DNA of 44,396 nt from Candidatus Wolfebacteria bacterium RIFCSPLOWO2_01_FULL_38_11 (GTDB taxonomy: Bacteria > Patescibacteriota > Minisyncoccia > UBA6257 > UBA9933). Every line of letters starts with the position of its first letter. Position 1 is the first letter of the stretch. The translations under genes and the position numbers were made by a program. A model generated the notes under the pieces. It was not told the origin of the DNA. It saw only the letters and a program-made list of their open reading frames with translations, and did no database searches. Below are positions 24,916-32,297 of the stretch, one piece after another. The stretch lies in contig MGIQ01000023.1 of assembly GCA_001793825.1 (NCBI GenBank), positions 3,450-47,845 of the forward strand. Direction: 5' to 3'.

Positions 24916-26127
24916 ATGAAGCTGATTGATCAGGCTAAAAAATTGCCTTTATCGCCCGGAGTCTATTTTTTTCTTAATAAAAAAAACGAAATTTTATATA
25001 TCGGCCGCGCTGTTTTTTTAAGGAAAAGAGTATTGAATTATTTCCAAAAAAACATTGACTCGCGCGTTGCCGAAATGATTCGTTCTGCTTCCAATATAAA
25101 ATTCAAAAAAACCGGCACTCTTTTAGAAGCCGTAATTTTAGAAGCTAATTTAATAAAAAAACACTGGCCCAAATATAATGTCAAAGAAAAAGATAATCGT
25201 TCTTTTATTTACATTGTTATTCCTAAAACCGATTACCCAAAGCCAATAATTGTTCGCGGACGCGAGCTGGAAAAATTTCCTTCCGCCACTGCTAAAATTT
25301 TCGGTCCCTATCAAAGTTTATCCCTTGTCAAAAGCGCTTTAAAAATTATTAGAAAAATTTTTCCCTACAGCACTTGTTTGCCTGCCAAAGCCTTGGCGAA
25401 GGCAGGCCGGCCTTTTTCCGACCAGCCTTGTTTTTATTATCAAATCGGTTTGTGTCCCGGCTTATGCATTGGCGCGATTTCCAAGAAAGAATACCAAAAA
25501 AACATAAAAAACATTATTTTGCTTTTATCCGGCCAAAAAAATAAATTAATAAAGGATTTACGAAAAGAAAATCCCGAAAAGGCCGGAGCTTTAAAACACA
25601 TCCAAGATGTCGCTTTGATTGCTGAAGCGGAAAAGGGATGGGCAGATGTCCAGAACCAAGGTTTAAAGCGCATTGAAGCCTATGACATTTCTCATTTGTC
25701 CGGAAAAGAAACTTATGGCTCAATGGCGGTTTTCTCTGGTAGCGAACCGGAAAAAAGCCAATATCGCTTGTTTAAAATAAAAACAGCTTTGCCATCCGAT
25801 GATTTACGGGCTTTGGAAGAGATGGTTTTAAGGCGCCTAAAACACAAAGAATGGACGCTTCCTGATTTGATTTTAATTGACGGCGGCAGTCCCCAAATCA
25901 ACTGGATTTCCGATGTTTTAAAAAGCCGGCGCTTAAATATTCCCCTGGTCGGCTTGGCAAAATCCGCCAGCCGGCGGAGCGGCGATAAATTGGTCTTTCC
26001 ACCCAAAACTAAAAAATCATTCAAGGAATTGGCGGATAGCATTAAAGGAATTTTGTTGAAATCCCGCGATGAAGCTCACCGCTTTGCTCTAAAATCCAGC
26101 CGCCGGTCAAGGAGAAGGCAATTTTAA
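24916..26127 (+). CDS. uvrC: Excinuclease ABC subunit C (short form lacking the C-terminal HhH2)
   Basis: 403 aa with the GIY-YIG N-terminus (PGVYFF...ILYIGRA), a Cys-rich region, and an endonuclease V-like domain (IEAYDISHLSG, DEAHRFA). It ends right after DEAHRFA. An extra segment lies at about 25384-25413. Confidence 0.9.
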   Translation: MKLIDQAKKLPLSPGVYFFLNKKNEILYIGRAVFLRKRVLNYFQKNIDSRVAEMIRSASNIKFKKTGTLLEAVILEANLIKKHWPKYNVKEKDNRSFIYIVIPKTDYPKPIIVRGRELEKFPSATAKIFGPYQSLSLVKSALKIIRKIFPYSTCLPAKALAKAGRPFSDQPCFYYQIGLCPGLCIGAISKKEYQKNIKNIILLLSGQKNKLIKDLRKENPEKAGALKHIQDVALIAEAEKGWADVQNQGLKRIEAYDISHLSGKETYGSMAVFSGSEPEKSQYRLFKIKTALPSDDLRALEEMVLRRLKHKEWTLPDLILIDGGSPQINWISDVLKSRRLNIPLVGLAKSASRRSGDKLVFPPKTKKSFKELADSIKGILLKSRDEAHRFALKSSRRSRRRQF

Positions 26128-26156
26128 AATATTTTAATTTATAGTATAATTTTTAT

Positions 26157-26606
26157 ATGGAACAGAATTTAGGAATATTTTTACAAATTTCTATTGCCGC
26201 ATTTTTAGGCTCTTTGGTCGGAATTGAAAGGGCGGTTGCCGGTAAAACAGCCGGACTTCGCACTTTCGCCTTGGTAAGTATGGGCTCAGCGCTTTTTATT
26301 ATTGTTTCAAAGCTTGCCAATGAGAGTTATTTGGGCATTACCACTTTCGACCCTTCAAGAGTGGCGTCTCAAATTATTGTTGGCATAGGATTTCTCGGAG
26401 CGGGTTTGATTATTTTAAAAGAATCAAAAATTATGGGTCTTACTACCGCTGCCGGCCTTTGGGTTTCCGCTGGCATAGGAATAGCCGTTGGCTTTAATCT
26501 TTATGCTATAGCGGTATTCGTTACTTTTCTTACGCTTTTTATTTTTACAATACTTTGGGTTGTTGAAATAAAATTAAAAAAAGGGATTAAAGACCTTGAA
26601 GATTAA
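26157..26606 (+). CDS. MgtC/SapB family membrane protein
   Basis: 149 aa with GIERAVAGKTAGLRTF, the family signature, and multiple TM helices. Confidence 0.85.
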   Translation: MEQNLGIFLQISIAAFLGSLVGIERAVAGKTAGLRTFALVSMGSALFIIVSKLANESYLGITTFDPSRVASQIIVGIGFLGAGLIILKESKIMGLTTAAGLWVSAGIGIAVGFNLYAIAVFVTFLTLFIFTILWVVEIKLKKGIKDLED

Positions 26607-26644
26607 TTATTGTAATATTTTTTAATTTTCTTCGTCTTAATCTG

Positions 26645-26673
26645 TTGACAGCGACGATTTATTTAGCTATGCT
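26645..26673 (+). promoter_or_regulatory. Putative promoter (TTGACA, 17-nt spacer, TATGCT) of the 286-aa orphan gene
   Basis: The -35 is at 26645-26650 and the -10 at 26668-26673. AAGGAGG lies 8 nt before the ATG at 26762. Confidence 0.45.
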
Positions 26674-26761
26674 GATTCGCTGTTTTTATTTACGGTTCTT
26701 TGACAATAAAAAAAAACGATTTAACGATTAAAAAACAAAACAAACAAGGAGGAGTAAGAAA

Positions 26762-27622
26762 ATGGATGACATCCGGTTGGAGGTTTTAGATATCGGCTTA
26801 GCCGATATCAAGGCGTTAAAGTTCGAATTAGTTGCCGGCCTCAGTCTTTTCAAGAGCGGGATGATTAAGGTTATAAATTTTAATCATATTCCTCGGTCAA
26901 TAGAGGCCATTGCCGAAGTGCTGATTCCTCTCTATGACAAAGGCGGCGTTTGGGTGGAGAGCATTCAGATAAGGCCGGAGGAAGAATTGGTAAGCGGGGA
27001 ATTGTTCGGTTTGCTTTCTCCGGCAACATTAAAACTGCTTAATAAAATCGCGGAAAAGATCAACGATGCCGGCATCAAAGATGCCGCTTTCCCTGTTCAT
27101 CCTTATATTCCCCTGCGGCTGGAAAAAAAGATAAACCCGTTTTTTGGGCATATGAGCCATCTATCCAGGGGCCATACCGGCCTGTTTCCCGATAACAATA
27201 TCAGGGGATTCCGGATATTAGATGGCGAAGACAATGCCGTCTTTATTTCCGGCGACAGAGAGATCAGGGAAATATTTTTAGGAGAAATTCATCGCCGGAA
27301 TTGGCTGCCTTCTTCGTATTCTTTATGGAAAAGCAAAAAGAAAATCAATTCCCTTGGCCGGCAAGCTGGTAATCTTCTTCCTTTGGCTTTGAAAAACGGG
27401 GATAGTTTGCGGATAAATATCCCTCTTCTTCGGGAGCTTAAAAGGGAGAAAAAGTGGAAAAAAAGACTTTTGTCTTTTTTAGGCAGAAGAAAACCGGTGG
27501 AGAAAATCATCGGCAGACCCAAAGTGACCAATTATGTCGGCCAGTGCCATTTTTGTAAAGGCGTTGAGGCGGCGGTATCGCAAAACGGCGCCAAGATATA
27601 CCTTTTTCCAAGTTCTTTATAA
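26762..27622 (+). CDS. Orphan hypothetical protein with basic C-terminal region
   Basis: 286 aa, with no family I recognise. It has a K/R-rich stretch (KREKKWKKRLLSFLGRRKP) and a CHFC pair near the C-terminus. GC is elevated. It has its own promoter, SD and terminator. Confidence 0.6.
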   Translation: MDDIRLEVLDIGLADIKALKFELVAGLSLFKSGMIKVINFNHIPRSIEAIAEVLIPLYDKGGVWVESIQIRPEEELVSGELFGLLSPATLKLLNKIAEKINDAGIKDAAFPVHPYIPLRLEKKINPFFGHMSHLSRGHTGLFPDNNIRGFRILDGEDNAVFISGDREIREIFLGEIHRRNWLPSSYSLWKSKKKINSLGRQAGNLLPLALKNGDSLRINIPLLRELKREKKWKKRLLSFLGRRKPVEKIIGRPKVTNYVGQCHFCKGVEAAVSQNGAKIYLFPSSL

Positions 27623-27660
27623 ATAACAACCTTCTTGTTCAATCTAAGTAAATAGTTTCA

Positions 27661-27697
27661 AGCGCCAGAAGTCATTATGATTTCTGGCGCTTTTTAT
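27661..27697 (+). terminator. Rho-independent terminator
   Basis: AGCGCCAGAA (27661-27670) pairs perfectly with TTCTGGCGCT (27682-27691), followed by TTTTTAT. Confidence 0.8.
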
Positions 27698-27706
27698 GTT
27701 TTCATA

Positions 27707-27735
27707 TTGACTAGATTTTCAGATTAACAGATAAT
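27707..27735 (+). promoter_or_regulatory. Putative promoter (TTGACT, 17-nt spacer, GATAAT) for the DsbA-like gene and glyA
   Basis: The -35 is at 27707-27712 and the -10 at 27730-27735, 10 nt before the ATG at 27746. Confidence 0.45.
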
Positions 27736-27745
27736 AAACGATATT

Positions 27746-28471
27746 ATGGAAAATTCTGAGAATAAAAAAATAGATTATTTTTTGCCGGCGAGCATTATAA
27801 TTGCCGCGGTTCTTATTTCCGGCGCCTGGGTTTATTCCGCCGGCTTAAAAAATTTGCCGTCAAAAGAAGTTATCGGGGAAAAACAGCAAAAAGCGCAAAT
27901 TCTGGATGCCGTTGATAATGTATCGGAAATAAATAATGAAGACCATATCAGGGGCAACCCCAATGCTTTGATAAAAATCATTGAATTTTCCGATATGGAA
28001 TGCCCGTTCTGCAAGAATTTTCACCAAACAATGATAAAAATAATCAGTGAATACGGTTCAAGCGGAAAAGTCGCTTGGATTTACCGCCATTTTCCCTTGG
28101 AACAGCTTCACTCCAAAGCTAAAACCTCGGCTGTTGCTTCTGAATGCGCGGCTGAACTTGGCGGCAATAACGCTTTTTGGAATTTTTTGGATAAATATTT
28201 TGAAATTACGCCTTCCAATGACAAATTTAATTTAAGCGAGCTTCCGAAAGTTGCCCAAAATATTGGATTAAATGTCCAGCAATTTGAAAATTGCTTAAAT
28301 AGCGGAAAATATGACGAAAAAATTGAAAGCCAAATTCAAGAGGCCATGGATTCCGGCGCTCGCGGCACTCCTTATAGCATTCTTATTGATAAAAATAATA
28401 AGAAACAAAAAATCGATGGATCTTTGCCTTATAGCGAATTGAAAACTCTTATTGAAGAAGCCTTACGCTAA
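27746..28471 (+). CDS. Membrane-anchored DsbA-family thiol:disulfide oxidoreductase
   Basis: 241 aa with an N-terminal TM, a thioredoxin-fold CPFC active site, and a C-terminal GTP motif typical of DsbA-like proteins. Confidence 0.85.
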   Translation: MENSENKKIDYFLPASIIIAAVLISGAWVYSAGLKNLPSKEVIGEKQQKAQILDAVDNVSEINNEDHIRGNPNALIKIIEFSDMECPFCKNFHQTMIKIISEYGSSGKVAWIYRHFPLEQLHSKAKTSAVASECAAELGGNNAFWNFLDKYFEITPSNDKFNLSELPKVAQNIGLNVQQFENCLNSGKYDEKIESQIQEAMDSGARGTPYSILIDKNNKKQKIDGSLPYSELKTLIEEALR

Positions 28472-28481
28472 AATCGTATAA

Positions 28482-29774
28482 ATGAAACTCAATCATCTTA
28501 AAAAATCCGACCCTCGGCTTTATAAATTAATTTCCGCCGAAATTAAAAGGCAGGACGAAACACTTGATTTAATCGCTTCGGAAAATTTTGTTTCTCCGGA
28601 AATTTTGGAAGTTTTGGGTTCGCCTTTAACCAATAAATATTCCGAAGGCTATCCGGGGAAACGTTATTATCCGGGAAATCTTTATTATGATGAAATTGAA
28701 GAATTAGCCAGAACTCGCGCCTTAAAAGCTTTTAAATTAAATTCAAAAAATTGGAGCGTTAATGTCCAGCCGTATTCCGGCTCTCCGGCCAATTTAGCGA
28801 TTTATTTTGCCTTAACAAAACCCGGCGATATTTTAATGGGAATGGATCTAGCAAGCGGCGGGCACTTAAGCCACGGTCATAAAGCCACTATTTCCGGAAA
28901 ACTTTTTAAATCAATCCAATATTCCGTTGATAAAAAAACTGGCTTAATAAATTATTCTGAAGTGGAAAAATTAGCCAAAAAACACAAACCAAGAATAATT
29001 ATTTCCGGTTATTCCGCTTATCCTAGAAAAATTGATTTTAAGAAATTTGGCGAAATTGCCAAAAGCGTTGGCGCATATCACTTGGCTGACATTTCTCATA
29101 TTGCCGGACTTGTTTCTGCCGGCTTTCATTCTTCGCCATTTCCTTATGCTGATGTGGTAATGACGACAACTCATAAAACTTTGCGCGGCCCAAGAGGAGC
29201 GGTGATATTTTCAAGAAAAGAAAAAATGCTTCATGCTTCAGGTTTTATGCTTCACGAAGCAATTGATAAAACGATTTTTCCAGGCATTCAAGGCGGCCCG
29301 CACAATAATGCTATTGCCGCCATTGCAGTTGCTTTTGGCGAAGCGCTAAAGCCGAATTTTAAAAAATATCAACAGCAAATAATTAAAAATGCCAGAGTCT
29401 TGGCGGAATCTTTAAAAAAATACGACTTTAATTTGGTTTCCGGCGGAACGGACAATCATTTGCTTTTAATTGATTTGAAAAATTTAGATATAGGAGGATT
29501 GGAAGCGGAAAAAATTTTAGAATCAGCTGGTATTATTGCCAACCGTAATTCTATTTCCGGCGACACTTCGCCTTTTAATCCCTCTGGCCTAAGATTAGGC
29601 GCGCCGGCTGTTACCACTAGGGGATTTAAAGAAAAAGAAATGAAAAAAATTGCTGACTGGATTTATCGGCTTTTAATCAAAAAAGAAAAACCTTCCTTAA
29701 TTAAGAAAGAAGTATTAAAATTATTAAAACAACGCCGTTTAAAAGGCCGGCCTTTAACAAATAAATACGAATAA
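28482..29774 (+). CDS. glyA: Serine hydroxymethyltransferase
   Basis: 430 aa with LIASENF, the PLP-lysine region TTTHKTLRGPRG and FPGIQGGPH. It has an extra heptamer-repeat segment at 29226-29261. Confidence 0.95.
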   Translation: MKLNHLKKSDPRLYKLISAEIKRQDETLDLIASENFVSPEILEVLGSPLTNKYSEGYPGKRYYPGNLYYDEIEELARTRALKAFKLNSKNWSVNVQPYSGSPANLAIYFALTKPGDILMGMDLASGGHLSHGHKATISGKLFKSIQYSVDKKTGLINYSEVEKLAKKHKPRIIISGYSAYPRKIDFKKFGEIAKSVGAYHLADISHIAGLVSAGFHSSPFPYADVVMTTTHKTLRGPRGAVIFSRKEKMLHASGFMLHEAIDKTIFPGIQGGPHNNAIAAIAVAFGEALKPNFKKYQQQIIKNARVLAESLKKYDFNLVSGGTDNHLLLIDLKNLDIGGLEAEKILESAGIIANRNSISGDTSPFNPSGLRLGAPAVTTRGFKEKEMKKIADWIYRLLIKKEKPSLIKKEVLKLLKQRRLKGRPLTNKYE

Positions 29775-29799
29775 GTAAAACCTTAAAAAGGAGGCGGTT

Positions 29800-30147
29800 A
29801 TGAAACTTTTTCCTAAGAAGAAATTTTCTCGATTAAAAAATTTCCAGGCAAAAGTGCGGGAAAAAAAGGGAGAATGTGGTCCATATTGGTTTGGTGATCC
29901 GGATAATAATGTCAGTCCTAATGTCAATTTAGTGGCCGGAGTGATTAAACGAGCAGTGGATGATTATCTATACCCTCTGCCGGGTCGCGATTTTCGCCCC
30001 ATTCAAGAGGATGCAAAAATCTTTATTGATGGCTCGGGGTTAAATTCGTATTGCGACTTGGTTGGAATTAACTCAGATTTCATAAGAAGAAAAGTTGCGG
30101 CTATAAAAAAGATGGGAATAAAAGAGGGACTTAAAAAAGTGTCTTGA
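29800..30147 (+). CDS. Hypothetical protein (first gene of a small-gene island)
   Basis: 115 aa with AAAGGAGG 6 nt upstream and a basic N-terminus. I have a vague memory that similar ...A..D......A..F......C.L.G......IR..-type sequences occur in phage or plasmid small proteins. This is unverified. Confidence 0.5.
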   Translation: MKLFPKKKFSRLKNFQAKVREKKGECGPYWFGDPDNNVSPNVNLVAGVIKRAVDDYLYPLPGRDFRPIQEDAKIFIDGSGLNSYCDLVGINSDFIRRKVAAIKKMGIKEGLKKVS

Positions 30148-30172
30148 CTTTTATGAGAAAGTATGCTATAAA
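30144..30172 (+). promoter_or_regulatory. Putative internal promoter (TTGACT, 17-nt spacer, TATAAA)
   Basis: The -35 is at 30144-30149 and overlaps the stop of the 115-aa gene. The -10 is at 30167-30172. Confidence 0.4.
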
Positions 30173-30242
30173 TAAAAAGTTCTTTGAAAGATAAATAAGG
30201 AAAATTAACTTATAGAAAAACAAGCAGAAAAAAGGAGGCATT

Positions 30243-30470
30243 GTGATGAGATTTGTCACTTTTGTAATAATGGCGGCCCTGGTGGTAGTTTCCGCAATAA
30301 TGTTGGTAAACTCTGCCGTAGAAGAAGATCGGGCCGAGTGCCTCAGATTGCAGAAACAGGCAGAAGAGTTCAGGCTCGGGTTGTTTTATATAACTCCAGC
30401 CCAAAAAGCCCAGTGTGATGAATTAAAGATAGCAGTTAAAGCGCCTGTTAGAGAAGGGATTGTCCGATAG
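30243..30470 (+). CDS. Small membrane-anchored hypothetical protein
   Basis: 75 aa with AAAGGAGG upstream and a GTG/ATG start. It has one N-terminal TM (FVTFVIMAALVVVSAIMLV) followed by a helical charged region with 2 Cys. Confidence 0.5.
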   Translation: MMRFVTFVIMAALVVVSAIMLVNSAVEEDRAECLRLQKQAEEFRLGLFYITPAQKAQCDELKIAVKAPVREGIVR

Positions 30471-30490
30471 AAAACAGAAAGGAGACGGAT

Positions 30491-30718
30491 ATGCCTTCTT
30501 TTGAAGTTTCGGTAAAAAGCGTTGTTGACAACAAAGTTGAGATGTTTGTCGGCAACATAGTTCTCTGTTTTTATTTTCAAGGTGGGAAAATGAAGTCAAC
30601 AAGATACAAACCCGAGGCTCGGGTTTGTAATCAATTCGAACTTTGGGTGCCGGATGGGTTATTTAAGAAAGCATGCCGGCAAGCCGCCGCGATTTTAAGA
30701 TCGCGGCAGAAGAAGTAA
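30491..30718 (+). CDS. Small hypothetical protein, basic C-terminus
   Basis: 75 aa with AAAGGAGA upstream, followed by a perfect hairpin terminator. Confidence 0.5.
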   Translation: MPSFEVSVKSVVDNKVEMFVGNIVLCFYFQGGKMKSTRYKPEARVCNQFELWVPDGLFKKACRQAAAILRSRQKK

Positions 30719-30723
30719 GTCTT

Positions 30724-30757
30724 AAGGCTTTGGAGATAATCTCCAAAGCCTTTTTTT
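30724..30757. terminator. Bidirectional terminator between the small-gene island and rtcB
   Basis: AAGGCTTTGGAGAT (30724-30737) pairs perfectly with ATCTCCAAAGCCTT (30739-30752), followed by a T-run. The flanking genes are convergent. Confidence 0.8.
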
Positions 30758-32252
30758 ATTCTCCTTTAATTACCGCCAAAGGCACTAAACGCGCCACTTT
30801 TTTAGAAAGATTGGCCTGATGCACTATTTCCACCACTTCATCAATATCTTTGTATGCCTGCGGCGCCTCTTCGGCAATTCCTCTTATTGAATAACATTTA
30901 ACGATAATATTTTTATTTTCGAGATTTTTTATAATTTCTTGCCCTTTTAAAGTTTTTAGAGCTTGGTGCCGTGACATTGTTCGACCAGCTCCGTGGCAAG
31001 AGCTGTAAAAAGCTTCTTTTCCTTTTTCTGTTCCGTGCAAAATATAGGAAGCCGTGCCCATAGAACCCGGAATAATCACCGGCTGGCCGATTTCTTTATA
31101 TTTCTTGGGAATTTCCGGATGACTCGGCGGACTTTGTCTCGCCGTAGGCTCGCTTCGTCCAGCCGAAGGCGGAAAAGCCCGAGTTGCGCCTTTTCTATGA
31201 ACCAATAATCCGTCTTCTAATTTGGCAATATTATGGGCAACATCATATAGAACTTCCAGATTTTCATTATTTTCATTGAGAAAAACTTTTTTCCAGCTTT
31301 CTCTTATGTAGTGAGTAATCATTTGCCGATTAGCCCAGGCAAAATTTGCCCCACAAGCCATTGCTTTGAAAAATTTCTGGCCTTCCGGCGAATTAAACGG
31401 CGCGCAAGCCAATTCTTTATCCGGAAGATGAATATTGTATTTCGGCATTACTTGGAGCATTAATCTTATATAATCAGTGGCGATTTGGTGTCCTAATCCG
31501 CGACTGCCGGTATGAATCATTACAACCGCTTGATTTTTGAACAGTCCGAAAATTTTCGCGGCGTTTTCGTCAAAAATTTCCTCCACTTTCTGGATTTCCA
31601 AAAAATGATTGCCGCTGCCAAGCGTGCCAACTTGATCTCTGCCTCTATTTTTAGCGGTATCTGAAACTTCATTGGCATCCGCCCATTCCAATCGGCCGTT
31701 AGCTTCGCAATTTTCCATATCTTCTTTTTTGCCGTAACCTTGTTTTATTAGTTCTTGTGCTCCATTTTCCAAAATTTTATCCAACTCATTGACGCTCAAT
31801 TTTATTTTTCTGCCTCGGCCTAGTCCGGAAGGAACATTTCTTTGGATTTCCGTTGCCAAATCATCCAATCGATTTTTGATTTCATCGGCCGAAACATCGG
31901 ATTTTAATAATCTAACCCCGCAATTTATGTCGTAGCCCACGGCGCCGGGAGAAATTATACCGCTTGCCTCGCTGGAGCCTTGGCGAAGCGGGTCAGAAGC
32001 GCGAGTGGCAAAAACTCCGCCAATCGGCGAGCCGTATCCTTCATGGACATCAGGCATTACTAGCGCGTATTTTTCAATGCCCGGAAGTGTGGTTAAATTC
32101 ACTAATTGTTCTAGCGATTTATCCTTAAAAACCGATTCCAGCATTTTTTCGCTGGCGTAAATTCTGGCTGGAACTCTCATATCGCTTCGGAAAGTTTTCG
32201 GTATTTCCCATAGATAATCGCTTATTTTTATAAGATTATTTTTTGCAATCAT
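30756..32252 (-). CDS. rtcB: RNA-splicing ligase RtcB (3'-phosphate/5'-hydroxyl RNA ligase)
   Basis: 498 aa with MPDVHEGYG, GYDINCGVR, GSGNHF, HTGSRGLGHQ, HRKGATRAF, PGSMGTASY and SSCHGAGR. It has two extra GC-rich segments (see findings). Confidence 0.95.
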   Translation of the reverse strand: MIAKNNLIKISDYLWEIPKTFRSDMRVPARIYASEKMLESVFKDKSLEQLVNLTTLPGIEKYALVMPDVHEGYGSPIGGVFATRASDPLRQGSSEASGIISPGAVGYDINCGVRLLKSDVSADEIKNRLDDLATEIQRNVPSGLGRGRKIKLSVNELDKILENGAQELIKQGYGKKEDMENCEANGRLEWADANEVSDTAKNRGRDQVGTLGSGNHFLEIQKVEEIFDENAAKIFGLFKNQAVVMIHTGSRGLGHQIATDYIRLMLQVMPKYNIHLPDKELACAPFNSPEGQKFFKAMACGANFAWANRQMITHYIRESWKKVFLNENNENLEVLYDVAHNIAKLEDGLLVHRKGATRAFPPSAGRSEPTARQSPPSHPEIPKKYKEIGQPVIIPGSMGTASYILHGTEKGKEAFYSSCHGAGRTMSRHQALKTLKGQEIIKNLENKNIIVKCYSIRGIAEEAPQAYKDIDEVVEIVHQANLSKKVARLVPLAVIKGE

Positions 32253-32297
32253 ATTTAAATGAAAGTTTAAAGCTAAAGTTTAAAAGTTTAAACATTA

